A DNA stretch of 64,000 bases. Origin: an uncultured Tepidisphaeraceae bacterium (GTDB taxonomy: Bacteria > Planctomycetota > Phycisphaerae > Tepidisphaerales > Tepidisphaeraceae). The stretch covers positions 18,842 to 82,841 of the forward strand of contig CAZXLA010000001.1 of the NCBI GenBank assembly GCA_964641895.1, given 5' to 3'. The notes beneath the pieces were generated by a model that was given only the letters and a program-made list of their open reading frames with translations, had not been told where the DNA came from and ran no database searches. Of this stretch, positions 53,900 to 62,308 are shown in pieces. The position numbers and the translations under genes are program-made. How positions within the stretch are numbered: position 1 is the stretch's first letter; every line of letters starts with the position of its first letter.

Positions 53900-54226
53900 A
53901 TGCCCATGCGCGGCCCCTTATGCCGCGGGGAGACATTGAAGGCCGGCGCCGACGAACTTCGCGCTGCGCGCCGGCGGTTTCAGTTCAAGGAAGCCCGCCG
54001 GCTTTACAAGGCGGCCAATCGCGTGATTTTCATCGCAATTGTTTCGGTGCCGACGATTGTGACGTTCTCGATCCTTCGCAACAGCAACGTGATCCAGATG
54101 CTGTGGTTGCCGGGGTTAATCGCTGCGGTGGCAATGTTCATTCGACGTATGGGCACTGACGCGCTGCGGCAGGCAAGGTCATTGCGACAATCGGGGTTGA
54201 CAGAACATGACGAACCACGTGCCTAG
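53900..54226 (+). CDS. hypothetical small membrane protein
   Basis: 108-aa ORF with two hydrophobic segments (VIFIAIVSVPTIVTF and LWLPGLIAAVAMFI). No family recognised. Confidence 0.45.
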   Translation: MPMRGPLCRGETLKAGADELRAARRRFQFKEARRLYKAANRVIFIAIVSVPTIVTFSILRNSNVIQMLWLPGLIAAVAMFIRRMGTDALRQARSLRQSGLTEHDEPRA

Positions 54227-54235
54227 AATACTCCG

Positions 54236-54631
54236 ATGAACCCCGGCGGCTGGAAACTTAAATTGCTGTATGACGGCCTTTGCCCGGCGTGTGCCATTGA
54301 AGTTCGCATGCTCCGCCGGAAGGACCGAAATGGTTCGCTAACATTTGAAGACATTGCCGACCCGGCTTTTGATCCATCGAAATATGGACTGACGCTGCAG
54401 GCGACGGTCGGCGCGATGCATGCCGTGACGCCGCAAGGCCGCGTTTTGGTCGGGCCGGATGTTTTTATCGAAGCCTATCGGCTTGTGGGAATGCGATGGC
54501 TGGCCGGCGTGCTCTCTTTCCGGCCGATTCGCCCGTTGGTGAACCTCGGCTACAGAATTTTCGCCAAAATTCGCCCGCGATTCAGCAAGTTTGATCCGAA
54601 GGCATGTTCCTCCGATCGATGCCGAGTGTGA
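54236..54631 (+). CDS. thiol-disulfide oxidoreductase DCC family (DUF393)
   Basis: LLYDGLCPACAIEVRML carries the CxxC motif at the position characteristic of DCC proteins. Size fits at 131 aa. Confidence 0.8.
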   Translation: MNPGGWKLKLLYDGLCPACAIEVRMLRRKDRNGSLTFEDIADPAFDPSKYGLTLQATVGAMHAVTPQGRVLVGPDVFIEAYRLVGMRWLAGVLSFRPIRPLVNLGYRIFAKIRPRFSKFDPKACSSDRCRV

Positions 54632-54636
54632 AATTT

Positions 54637-55602
54637 TCAGATGACGCGATTGATCAATGGCTCGCCGCGTTCGAAGCGACGCAGGTTGTCGATGAAATGA
54701 TCGACAAGCTGCTGCGCCTCGTTTTGCATCCCCCCGGCGATGTGCGGCGTGATAACACAGTTGGGGGCGAGCCAAAGCGGATCGCCGCCGGGGAGGGGTT
54801 CGGGGTCGGTCACGTCGAGGTAAGCGCCTCCAACTTGACCTGTTTGCAAGGCAGCGATGAGCGATGGCTGATCGACGGTTTCGCCTCGACCCACGTTGTA
54901 GAATGCCGCGCCAGGCCTGAAGCAGCTAAACAAACTGTGCTTGAAGAGTTTGGCGTTGGCGGGGCTGCTTGGAAGCAGGTTGACGACGTGGTCTGCCGAA
55001 GAGAGCAGGCCGGGCAGATCGGCCATTGCAAATGTGGGCACGGGTTCATCGCCGACGACCTTGCGGCGCACCCCGCGGATAATTGCGCCGAACGGCGTGA
55101 GCAGTTCAACCAACCGTCGCGCGATCGCGCCAAAGCCGACGAGCAACACCTGCTCGCCGCCGAGCGTTCGCACCATGGGGCGAAGCGCGCGATAGCGCCA
55201 GGCGCGTTCGCCGAGTTGGTCGTGCAGGGCAGGCAGATGTTGTCGATTGTGCGCCATCATGAACGCAACGACGTGTTGCGCGCACGGGTCGTCATAAACG
55301 GCCGAACTGTTTGTCAGTATCGCGCCGCGGCCGGAGAGGGCATGCCGCAGGTCGTCACGGTCATAGCGCGTGTAGCCGGCGCTGGTGAGATGGGCCCAGC
55401 GAAGGGTTTTGGACGCCATCAGGTCGTCCACGGCGGGTTGGCCCAAGGCGATGTCGGCGGTGCGGCAGGCGACGTCGGCCGACCCGGCGATGAGGTTCGA
55501 AGAATTTGCGTCGCCGGCCCGGCGAAGTTCATGGGAGCCAATTCGGGCTGCAAAATCCGTTAACAATGCCGGCTCGATATCAACGTTGGTCCAGATCGTC
55601 AT
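54637..55602 (-). CDS. D-isomer-specific 2-hydroxyacid dehydrogenase family protein
   Basis: NAD fold VLLVGFGAIARRL, NVGRGETVD and ITPHIAG (catalytic His region). Confidence 0.85.
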   Translation of the reverse strand: MTIWTNVDIEPALLTDFAARIGSHELRRAGDANSSNLIAGSADVACRTADIALGQPAVDDLMASKTLRWAHLTSAGYTRYDRDDLRHALSGRGAILTNSSAVYDDPCAQHVVAFMMAHNRQHLPALHDQLGERAWRYRALRPMVRTLGGEQVLLVGFGAIARRLVELLTPFGAIIRGVRRKVVGDEPVPTFAMADLPGLLSSADHVVNLLPSSPANAKLFKHSLFSCFRPGAAFYNVGRGETVDQPSLIAALQTGQVGGAYLDVTDPEPLPGGDPLWLAPNCVITPHIAGGMQNEAQQLVDHFIDNLRRFERGEPLINRVI

Positions 55603-55678
55603 CGCCGGAGTTTAGTGTCAATGACGAGTTAACAAGAAGGGTTTGTGATGCCGAGTTTTGCGATTCGTTCGGGTTGAA

Positions 55679-55706
55679 TTGACAATCGACTGGGTCAACT
55701 TATACT
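55679..55706 (+). promoter_or_regulatory. strong sigma70-type promoter candidate for the tRNA-Thr/tuf transcription unit
   Basis: TTGACA (55679-84), 16-nt spacer, TATACT (55701-06). Confidence 0.55.
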
Positions 55707-55788
55707 TTCCCGCCCGACGGTGCTGCTACGCGCTGAAATTTCGGCGTTGGTTTGCCGGAATCGGGGCTGGGTGAGGTAACTCGCTCGG

Positions 55789-55860
55789 TCGGTTGTGTTT
55801 TCGGTTGTGTTTTCGGTTGTGTTTTCGGTTGTGTTTTCGGTTGTGTTTTCGGTTGTGTTT
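55789..55860. repeat. six perfect tandem copies of TCGGTTGTGTTT
   Basis: 12-nt unit repeated head to tail with no mismatch, located between the promoter candidate and tRNA-Thr. Confidence 0.97.
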
Positions 55861-55897
55861 GTAATGGACGACAGTCGCACCGTAGCAACTCAGGTGC

Positions 55898-55969
55898 GCT
55901 GCCATAGCTCAGTGGTAGAGCGCCACCTTGGTAAGGTGGAGGTCCAGGGTTCAAGCCCCTGTGGCAGCT
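55898..55969 (+). tRNA. tRNA-Thr (GGT)
   Basis: Acceptor GCTGCCA/TGGCAGC, D arm GCTC-AGTGGTA-GAGC, anticodon stem CCACC/GGTGG with loop TTGGTAA, T arm CAGGG-TTCAAGC-CCCTG. Confidence 0.95.
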
Positions 55970-55976
55970 TTTGAAG

Positions 55977-56077
55977 ATTGCGGATTTCGGATTGCGGATT
56001 TCGGATTGAACAGGTCAATCCACGCGTCCTGAGAAAGATTGGTTAAATCCGCAATCTTAAATTACGCAATCCGCAAT
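55977..56077. repeat. array hairpin (GATTGCGGATTTCG)x2.3 facing ATCCGCAAT copies, in the tuf 5' leader
   Basis: GATTGCGGATTTCGGATTGCGGATTTCGGATTG at 55977-56009 faces ATCCGCAATCTTAAATTACGCAATCCGCAAT at 56047-56077. Confidence 0.85.
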
Positions 56078-56099
56078 TTTTGGTTTGGAGGCAATCGTC

Positions 56100-57311
56100 A
56101 TGGCAAAAGCTGTATTTGAACGGAAAAAACCGCATGTAAACGTCGGCACGATCGGTCATATCGACCACGGCAAGACCACGCTGACGGCGGCGCTGGCGGC
56201 GCGCTCGGCAGCGAAGTACGGCACCACGGCCAAGAGCTACAAGGATATCGCCAAAGGCGGTATCGACCGCGACGCGACCAAGACCGTCACGATCGCCGCT
56301 GCTCACGTGGAGTATGAGTCGGCGGCTCGCCACTATGCCCACGTGGACTGCCCCGGCCACGCCGACTACATCAAGAACATGATCACCGGTGCCGCACAGA
56401 TGGACGGCGCCATTCTGGTGGTGTCCGCCGCCGACGGCCCGATGCCGCAGACGCGCGAACACATTCTGCTCGCCCGCCAGGTCGGCGTGCCGCGCATCGT
56501 TGTGTTCCTCAACAAGATTGACTTGGTCGATGACAAGGAACTGCTCGACCTCGTCGAGATGGAAGTGCGCGAGCTGCTCACGAAGTACGGCTTTCCCGGT
56601 GAAGAAACCCCGGTCATCAAGGGTTCGAGCAAGCCGGCGCTGGATAACCCCAATGACGCCAAGGCCAACGAGTGTATCGACGAATTGGTCAAGGCGTTGG
56701 ACGACTATGTCCCGATGCCGCAGCGTGAAGTTGATAAGCCGTTCCTCATGCCGGTCGAAGACGTGTTTTCGATCAAGGGTCGTGGCACCGTCGCAACTGG
56801 TCGTATCGAACGCGGCAAGTGCAAGGTTGGCGATGCGTGTGAGATCGTCGGCTTCGGCGACACCAAGGTTTCGGTCATCACCGGCATCGAACAGTTTCAG
56901 AAGACGCTGGATGAGGGCATCGCCGGCGACAACGTTGGCGTACTCCTGCGCGGTATCGAAAAAGACCAGATCGAACGCGGCCAGGTTCTTGCCGCGCCGA
57001 AGAGCGTGAAGGGCTTCAAGAAGTTCCAGGCCGAAATTTACGTGCTGACGAAGGAAGAAGGCGGCCGTCATACGCCGTTCTTCAACAACTACCGTCCGCA
57101 GTTTTACTTCCGCACTACCGACGTCACCGGCGCAACCAAGTTGCTCGGGGGCGCGGAAATGGTGATGCCGGGCGACAACGTTACGGTGGAAGTGGAACTC
57201 ATGGCCCCGGTCGCCATGGAAGAAAAGCTGCGTTTTGCCGTCCGCGAAGGCGGCAAGACCGTCGGCTCGGGCGTTGTCGTAAAGATCATCGAAGAAGAGA
57301 AACCGAAGTAA
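56100..57311 (+). CDS. tuf: elongation factor Tu
   Basis: [36 protein letters not shown] and NKID. Conserved along its full length. GGAGG sits 10 nt upstream of the ATG at 56100. Confidence 0.98.
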   Translation: MAKAVFERKKPHVNVGTIGHIDHGKTTLTAALAARSAAKYGTTAKSYKDIAKGGIDRDATKTVTIAAAHVEYESAARHYAHVDCPGHADYIKNMITGAAQMDGAILVVSAADGPMPQTREHILLARQVGVPRIVVFLNKIDLVDDKELLDLVEMEVRELLTKYGFPGEETPVIKGSSKPALDNPNDAKANECIDELVKALDDYVPMPQREVDKPFLMPVEDVFSIKGRGTVATGRIERGKCKVGDACEIVGFGDTKVSVITGIEQFQKTLDEGIAGDNVGVLLRGIEKDQIERGQVLAAPKSVKGFKKFQAEIYVLTKEEGGRHTPFFNNYRPQFYFRTTDVTGATKLLGGAEMVMPGDNVTVEVELMAPVAMEEKLRFAVREGGKTVGSGVVVKIIEEEKPK

Positions 57312-57319
57312 GCTGGCGG

Positions 57320-57395
57320 GTTGCCAGTGAAGAGTTACCAGTTGCCAGTTGAGATCGGCTGCCGGTTGATACTGGCAACCGACAACTGGCAACTG
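57320..57395. repeat. GTTGCCAGT-family array hairpin (copy A)
   Basis: GTTGCCAGT..CCAGTTGCCAGTTG faces ACTGGCAACCGACAACTGGCAACTG. It starts 9 nt after the tuf stop. Confidence 0.85.
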
Positions 57396-57403
57396 TCCAC
57401 TGT

Positions 57404-57434
57404 GGCGCTGAATATTGGGGCGCTGAATATTGGC
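57404..57434. repeat. direct duplication of GGCGCTGAATATTGG
   Basis: Two copies with a 16-nt period, immediately upstream of the rpmG ribosome-binding site. Confidence 0.85.
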
Positions 57435-57446
57435 GGAGTCGTATCA

Positions 57447-57611
57447 TGGCAAAAGAGAATCGCGAGTGGGCGTGGCTTCAGTGCACCGAAACGGGTGATC
57501 TGAACTACCGCACCCAGATCAAAGTGGCCGGCGGCGCGCCGAAGCTGGAAATGAAGAAGTACAGCAAGCGCCTCCGCAAGCACACCGTGCATAAGCTTAA
57601 GCGGAAGTAAG
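57447..57611 (+). CDS. rpmG: 50S ribosomal protein L33
   Basis: 54-aa ORF missed by the 60-aa track: MAKENREWAWLQCTETGDLNYRTQIKVAGGAPKLEMKKYSKRLRKHTVHKLKRK. Has the L33 pattern (..L.C..C...NY.T.KN......LE.KKY....RKHT.H.E.K). GGAG is upstream, and the position between tuf and tRNA-Trp/secE is canonical. Confidence 0.85.
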
Positions 57612-57697
57612 CGGTGAGCCGAGAGCCGATAGCGGATGGCCGATAGCAAAGATTGATTCTTCTATCAGCGATTGGCTATCTGTTATCAGCTACCGCA
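57612..57697. repeat. CCGATAGC-family inverted arrays
   Basis: GCGGTGAGCCGAGAGCCGATAGCGGATGGCCGATAGC faces CTATCAGCGATTGGCTATCTGTTATCAGCTACCGC. A related AGAGCCGATAGCCGACAGC lies on the opposite strand at 3845-3885. Confidence 0.75.
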
Positions 57698-57703
57698 CGG
57701 ATA

Positions 57704-57776
57704 CGCCGGTAGCTCAATTGGCAGAGCGGCCGTCTCCAAAGCGGCAGGTTGCAGGTTCGATTCCTGCCCGGCGTGC
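57704..57776 (+). tRNA. tRNA-Trp (CCA)
   Basis: Acceptor ACGCCGG/CCGGCGT, D arm AGCTC-AATTGGC-AGAGC, anticodon loop CTCCAAA, T arm GCAGG-TTCGATT-CCTGC. Confidence 0.95.
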
Positions 57777-57840
57777 TACATGCGACCGAATCGATCTCGA
57801 ACGAATTAACTCGACTGAATTGTCGTGACGCGGAGTTGGT

Positions 57841-58383
57841 GTGGCTTCAGCAACTGAAAGCAACGGAAAGATCATCGCCGCCGACCTGCAGGCTCCCGAA
57901 CCGGACGAGCCGCGTGGCGGAAAGCCCGTCGGCGACCGGGAGAAGCTGGGTTTCTTCAGCGTCTACAAGCCCAACCAGGGGAAACCCACCCGCCTGGCGA
58001 CGGGCGCAGGAGCGGCGTTGCTCATCGCGTTGACGATGTGGTTCCTTTACTACGACGTCTCGGCCAGTTTCCCGGCGTTGAAAAAGGCCAATGAGAGCAT
58101 TAACCGGCCGTGGTGGAACATTACGGTGCTCGTGCTCGGTGTCGCGGCGGGCGTGTTCGCGTGGCGGATGGTTAACAAGCCCCGGCATGCTGAATTCCTC
58201 ATTGCGACTGACAGTGAAATGAAAAAGGTGAGCTGGACGAGCCGCAAGCAGTTGTGGGGCTCGACCAAGGTCGTCATTTTCTTCATGCTGTTCATCGCCG
58301 CAACGCTGTTTGTGATTGATTTGTTGTTCCACTACCTGTTCTATCTGATGAACGTGTTGAAGTTTAAGCCGATGGGCTTGTGA
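57841..58383 (+). CDS. secE: preprotein translocase subunit SecE (long, three-TM form)
   Basis: C-terminal EFLIATDSEMKKVSWTSRKQLWGSTKVVIFFMLFIAATLFVIDLLF is the SecE signature. Canonical position before nusG. GTG start. Confidence 0.85.
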   Translation: MASATESNGKIIAADLQAPEPDEPRGGKPVGDREKLGFFSVYKPNQGKPTRLATGAGAALLIALTMWFLYYDVSASFPALKKANESINRPWWNITVLVLGVAAGVFAWRMVNKPRHAEFLIATDSEMKKVSWTSRKQLWGSTKVVIFFMLFIAATLFVIDLLFHYLFYLMNVLKFKPMGL

Positions 58384-58467
58384 GCTTGTGCAAGCGATAG
58401 CCCGTGGCATGAAATTTCGAGCTGTATCTATTGGATCTTAATCACTGAATCATAAGCGAAGACCGCC

Positions 58468-59010
58468 ATGCAATTTTTCGTCCTGAGAGTAGCGAGCAAC
58501 AAAGAAGACCAGGTGCGCGACAAGCTGGCGCGCAAGGTGAAGATTGAGGCACTGGAGGGGCACGTCGGTCGGATTCTCGTTCCCACTGAGCGCGTCCGCT
58601 CGATGAAAGGCGGCGTGCGCAAGGAAAGTGACCGCAAGCTCTATCCGGGCTACGTGTTTGTCGAGCTGGAACTTGATAAGGATGGCCGAATTCCCGACAA
58701 GGTGTGGTTCACAATCAAAGAAACCGAAGGTGTCGGCGACTTCATCGGCAGCAACGGGAAACCCACGCCGATGAGCGTCAAAGATCAGAACAAGATGGTG
58801 GAAGAGGCCGAGAAGCCCGACAGCGAAGTCACTAGCGACATTAAGTACGGCAAGGGCGACAAGGTGAAGGTGACCAACGGCGCGTTCATGAACTTTGAAG
58901 GTGAAGTGGATGAAGTGATCGCCGACAAAGGCACGATTCGCATTATCACGACCATCTTCGGCCGGCCGACGCCGCTGGAGCTTGAATATTGGCAAATTGA
59001 GCGCCTTTAG
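58468..59010 (+). CDS. nusG: transcription termination/antitermination factor NusG
   Basis: The NGN domain has the start typical of the family (FVLRV.SNKE). The C-terminal KOW is GDKVKVTNGAFMNFEGEVDEV. Confidence 0.95.
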   Translation: MQFFVLRVASNKEDQVRDKLARKVKIEALEGHVGRILVPTERVRSMKGGVRKESDRKLYPGYVFVELELDKDGRIPDKVWFTIKETEGVGDFIGSNGKPTPMSVKDQNKMVEEAEKPDSEVTSDIKYGKGDKVKVTNGAFMNFEGEVDEVIADKGTIRIITTIFGRPTPLELEYWQIERL

Positions 59011-59120
59011 CGTTTCGGTTTCGTGAAGGTGTTTGACGTCCGCATTGCGTTTATGACCGAAACCAGTTATCGTTCCCGCCCCTCGCAAAACTGCTGCGCG
59101 GGCGGCAAGGATTGTAAGTC

Positions 59121-59549
59121 ATGGCTAAGAAAGAAATTACAGTTCAGTTCAAGATCCAGGCGCCAGGCGGAACCGCGACGCCGGCGCCGCCGATCGGCCC
59201 TGCTCTCGGTCAGCATGGCGTGAATCCCGGCCAGTTCATTCAGCAGTTCAACGCCGCCACCGCCGCACTTAAGGGCAAGATGGTCGGCTGTGTGATTACG
59301 GTCTACAAAGACCGCACGTTCAGTTTTGAGGTCAAGAGTTCGCCGGCCAGCACCATTCTGAAAGATGCTGTAAAGGCCGAAAAGGGCAGCGGCGAGCCGA
59401 ACAAGAACAAGATCGGCAAGTTGACGATGGCCGATTGCAAGCGGCTGGCGAAGGACAAGATCAAAGATTTGAATTCCTTCGACGAAGACGCCGCAGCGCG
59501 CATAATGGCGGGCACGGCGCGGTCGATGGGGATTACGGTTGAAGGATAA
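59121..59549 (+). CDS. rplK: 50S ribosomal protein L11
   Basis: KIQAPGGTATPAPPIGPALGQHGVN and FVTKTPPA-like SFEVKSSPAS; 142 aa. Confidence 0.97.
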   Translation: MAKKEITVQFKIQAPGGTATPAPPIGPALGQHGVNPGQFIQQFNAATAALKGKMVGCVITVYKDRTFSFEVKSSPASTILKDAVKAEKGSGEPNKNKIGKLTMADCKRLAKDKIKDLNSFDEDAAARIMAGTARSMGITVEG

Positions 59550-59607
59550 AACGCCATGCTTATCCATGAGTTCGATGAACTAATGGAAGCCAAGCCTTTT
59601 ACGCCTG

Positions 59608-59790
59608 GTGCACTCGTTAAAGCAGACGGCCGTGAGGTTCGGATTAAAAGTCCGGAATTTTCGGGAGAGTTTGCGGCGAGCACCCCTGCAACTCAAATTG
59701 GACTTTGCAGGAATCGTTTTGTTCGTGATTGCGATCGCGATGTTCGTATATGTCCTATGGATGTTTGCAAAGCACTTTGACGCGATCTGA
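59608..59790 (+). CDS. candidate small membrane protein inside the rplK-rplA spacer
   Basis: The 60-aa ORF ends in a convincing hydrophobic helix, FAGIVLFVIAIAMFVYVLWMFA. It has a GTG start without a clear Shine-Dalgarno, competes with an overlapping 74-aa ORF (59556-59780), and the region is lower in GC. Confidence 0.25.
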   Translation: MHSLKQTAVRFGLKVRNFRESLRRAPLQLKLDFAGIVLFVIAIAMFVYVLWMFAKHFDAI

Positions 59791-59872
59791 AACGTGATGG
59801 GCAACACCACGGCCCGTAACAGTGGAAGCTTACGATCCCGGGCAAATCAAGGGATCATGGAGCGAAAACAAT

Positions 59873-60568
59873 ATGGCAGTGTTAGAAGTCAAACGATCCA
59901 AGCGGTACAAAAAAGCCGCTGAAAAGTTCAACCCTCAGAGCGTTTCGCTCGAGCTTGGCGTTGATGCATTGAAGGCGTTCACGCCGACCAAGTTCGATCA
60001 GTCGGTCGAACTCATTTTCTCGCTCGGTATTGATGCCAAGCACGCCGACCAGGCGATTCGTTCGTCGGTGTCGCTTCCGCACGGCATCGGTAAGAGCAAA
60101 CGCGTCGTTGCGTTCTGCCCGGATCACCTCGTCGATGCCGCCAAGGCTGCCGGGGCGATCAAGGCCGGCGGGCAGGCGTTGGTTGCCGAGATCGAGAAAG
60201 ACAACTTTACCGATTTTGACGTCGCCATCAGCACGCCCGACATGATGCGATTTGTCGGCAAGCTTGGTAAAGTGCTCGGCCCGAAGGGTTTGATGCCGTC
60301 GCCCAAGGCCGGAACGGTGTCGGCCGACGTGGCCAAGGCCGTCAAAGAATATGCCGCGGGCAAGGTGGAATTCCGCAACGATACCGGCGGCAACGTGCAC
60401 TGCGTGATTGGTAAGCTGTCGTTCACAAGCGACAAGCTGGTGGACAATGCCAAGGCGATGATCGACACAGTCCGCAAGCTAAAGCCGCAGACCAGCAAAG
60501 GCGCGTATTTTAAAAAGCTGGTTCTCAAGTCGTCGATGAGCCCGGCGGTATATTTGAACATCCAATAG
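59873..60568 (+). CDS. rplA: 50S ribosomal protein L1
   Basis: FDQSVELIFSLGIDAKHADQAIRSSVSLPHGIGK and GPKGLMPSPKAGTV. ATG at 59873 has GGAG 10 nt upstream. The track ORF from 59822 has an unlikely extension. Confidence 0.95.
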   Translation: MAVLEVKRSKRYKKAAEKFNPQSVSLELGVDALKAFTPTKFDQSVELIFSLGIDAKHADQAIRSSVSLPHGIGKSKRVVAFCPDHLVDAAKAAGAIKAGGQALVAEIEKDNFTDFDVAISTPDMMRFVGKLGKVLGPKGLMPSPKAGTVSADVAKAVKEYAAGKVEFRNDTGGNVHCVIGKLSFTSDKLVDNAKAMIDTVRKLKPQTSKGAYFKKLVLKSSMSPAVYLNIQ

Positions 60569-60641
60569 TTGTCAGTTGCCAGTTGCCAGCAATGGGCAGC
60601 CGGCAACTGAGTCTGGCTAACAACCAATAACTGGCAACTGG
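60568..60641. repeat. GTTGCCAGT-family array hairpin (copy B)
   Basis: GTTGTCAGTTGCCAGTTGCCAGC faces ACTGGCAACTGG and CAACTGAG. It begins in the rplA stop codon and ends 10 nt before the rplJ ATG. Confidence 0.85.
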
Positions 60642-60650
60642 ACCCAAGTC

Positions 60651-61211
60651 ATGAGCAAAAAAGTAAAAAGCCTGATCGAACGTGAGATCGGCAGTCGCCT
60701 CAAGGGCGTCGAATCGTGCGCTGTCATCAGCCCTCGTGGGGTTGATGGAATCAAGAACAACAACCTTCGCCGCAAGCTGCGCGAAAAGGGCGTGCGGATG
60801 CTGGTGGTGAAGAACACCCTGGCCAGGCGCGCGACCGCTGACAGCAAGCTCAAGGGTTTTGAATCGCTGCTGGATGGACCTTCGGCAGTATTGTTCGGCA
60901 AAGAGAGCATGCCGGCACTGGCGCGGCTGCTCGTTGAAGAAAAGAAACTTAACGACAAACTCGAGCTGCGCGGCGTGTTTTTCGACGGTGAAGTGTACGT
61001 CGGCGAAGCCGGCGTGAAGGCGGCCAGCAAGCTGCCGACTCGCGAAGAAGCCGTCGCACAAATCCTTGCGGCCATTCTCGGTCCTGGAAGCAAGCTGGTG
61101 GGCGCCCTCAAGGGTCCGGGCGGCAAGCTGGCTGGGATTCTCAAAACGATCGAAGAAAAGGCACCGAAAGAAGAGTTGAAAGAGGGAGAGTTGCCAGTTG
61201 CCAGTGAATAG
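60651..61211 (+). CDS. rplJ: 50S ribosomal protein L10
   Basis: Canonical position, with LRRKLREKGVRMLVVKNTLARRA. The last residues (ELPVASE) are encoded by the GTTGCCAGT array. Confidence 0.93.
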   Translation: MSKKVKSLIEREIGSRLKGVESCAVISPRGVDGIKNNNLRRKLREKGVRMLVVKNTLARRATADSKLKGFESLLDGPSAVLFGKESMPALARLLVEEKKLNDKLELRGVFFDGEVYVGEAGVKAASKLPTREEAVAQILAAILGPGSKLVGALKGPGGKLAGILKTIEEKAPKEELKEGELPVASE

Positions 61212-61263
61212 TTGCCGTCAACGTCAGTATGTCTGACAACGGGCAACGTATCACCCAGCAACT
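61191..61263. repeat. GTTGCCAGT-family array (copy C)
   Basis: GTTGCCAGTTGCCAGTGAATAGTTGCCGTC faces GACAACGGGCAAC. It overlaps the 3' end and stop codon of rplJ. Confidence 0.8.
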
Positions 61264-61382
61264 TTTACGTCCGGCGGTCTCACAGCCCCGCAAGGGTTAA
61301 ACGCTTTCAAAGTGAAGGCGGCTCTGACGACGGGACAGTTCTCGACACGACAGGGTCACGTTACGACTCGGAGTGAATTATC

Positions 61383-61775
61383 ATGGCAGAAATCGCAGAA
61401 GATCTTAAGGCGCTCGGCGACAAGCTCGCCGGTCTGACCCTCAAGCAGGCGGTCGATATCGCGACATACCTCAAGGAAGCACACGGCATCGAACCCGCCG
61501 CCGGTGGCGCGGTGATGGTCGCCGGTGCAGGCGCGGCCGCGGCCGAGGCGCCGGAAGTGAAGAATACTTTTGACGTGGTCCTGAAGTCGGTTCCGCCCGA
61601 CAAGAAGATCGCCATCATCAAGGAAGTTCGCGCGGCCACCCAACTCGGCCTGAAGGAAGCCAAAGACCTCGTCGATGGCGCACCAAAGACCGTGAAGGAA
61701 GCGGCCTCGAAGGAAGACGCCGACAAGCTCAAGAAGGCCCTCGAAGCCGCCGGCGCGACGGTCGAACTCAAGTAA
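61383..61775 (+). CDS. rplL: 50S ribosomal protein L7/L12
   Basis: Ala-rich hinge followed by [32 protein letters not shown]; 130 aa. Confidence 0.97.
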   Translation: MAEIAEDLKALGDKLAGLTLKQAVDIATYLKEAHGIEPAAGGAVMVAGAGAAAAEAPEVKNTFDVVLKSVPPDKKIAIIKEVRAATQLGLKEAKDLVDGAPKTVKEAASKEDADKLKKALEAAGATVELK

Positions 61776-61817
61776 GAACGCTGCCGTACAATATTGTTAG
61801 ACGGATCCAATCGAGAA

Positions 61818-61845
61818 GCCCCGGATCGACCATCCGGGGCTTTTT
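61818..61845 (+). terminator. intrinsic terminator after rplL
   Basis: GCCCCGGAT-CGACC-ATCCGGGGC followed by TTTTT. Confidence 0.85.
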
Positions 61846-61885
61846 GGGATTGTAGGGTCGTCCGATCATCGTCCGGCGATTGATA

Positions 61886-61914
61886 TTGACATCGCCGGTT
61901 GACATGGATAAGCT
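61886..61914 (+). promoter_or_regulatory. candidate sigma70-type promoter for rpoB
   Basis: TTGACA (61886-91), 17-nt spacer, TAAGCT (61909-14). A hairpin CCGGCGAT..ATCGCCGG overlaps the -35 element. Confidence 0.4.
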
Positions 61915-62276
61915 AAGCAAAGTCATTTGATGACGGAATTCGACCAATACTAATCACGAAAAACCGGAGCTTTTCCAGCAAAGGCAGGAAAGCGGCTCTC
62001 GGTTTCATTGCGTTTGCGCCGGATGTTGAAAGTTTAACATCTTGCGAAACAAGTATTCAAGAGTGTCTACGGGCCGGTTCGCCAGCGGGCCCGTTTGACG
62101 ACGGTGGGTTTTTCCACCGCATACCAAGCCGCTTTTCGCATCGCGACAAGCGGCTTGGCGTGTCTATAGAAGCTGCCATTGGAAGCTACTCATCCCGTGT
62201 AAGGGGAAGTTTGTCGCCCGGTGAGTGTTTGGTTTCGGCGCGCGAAGATCGGCATGCGTTGGATCGCCCGGGTTCG

Positions 62277-62308
62277 CGAATGTTGCATGACTCGAATGTT
62301 GCATGACT
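62277..62308. repeat. perfect tandem duplication of CGAATGTTGCATGACT in the rpoB leader
   Basis: Two identical 16-nt units head to tail, with a partial third (CGAAT) 8 nt downstream. Confidence 0.95.

Noticed and set aside
55789-55860. Tandem arrays (12-mer x6 here; heptamer and 9-mer arrays elsewhere) as possible CRISPR arrays
   Set aside because: The units are contiguous with no spacers and far shorter than CRISPR repeats, and no cas genes are present in the window.
56043-57392. 449-aa ORF antisense to tuf
   Set aside because: EF-Tu on the plus strand is unambiguous. The antisense frame has no recognisable motif and only reflects the lack of stop codons opposite GC-rich third positions.
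59556-59780. 74-aa ORF directly after rplK as a bona fide gene
   Set aside because: It has a good ribosome-binding site, but its third positions are A/T-rich, unlike all confident genes here, and its C-terminal half is Cys/Arg-rich. It is reported only within the rplK-rplA spacer finding.
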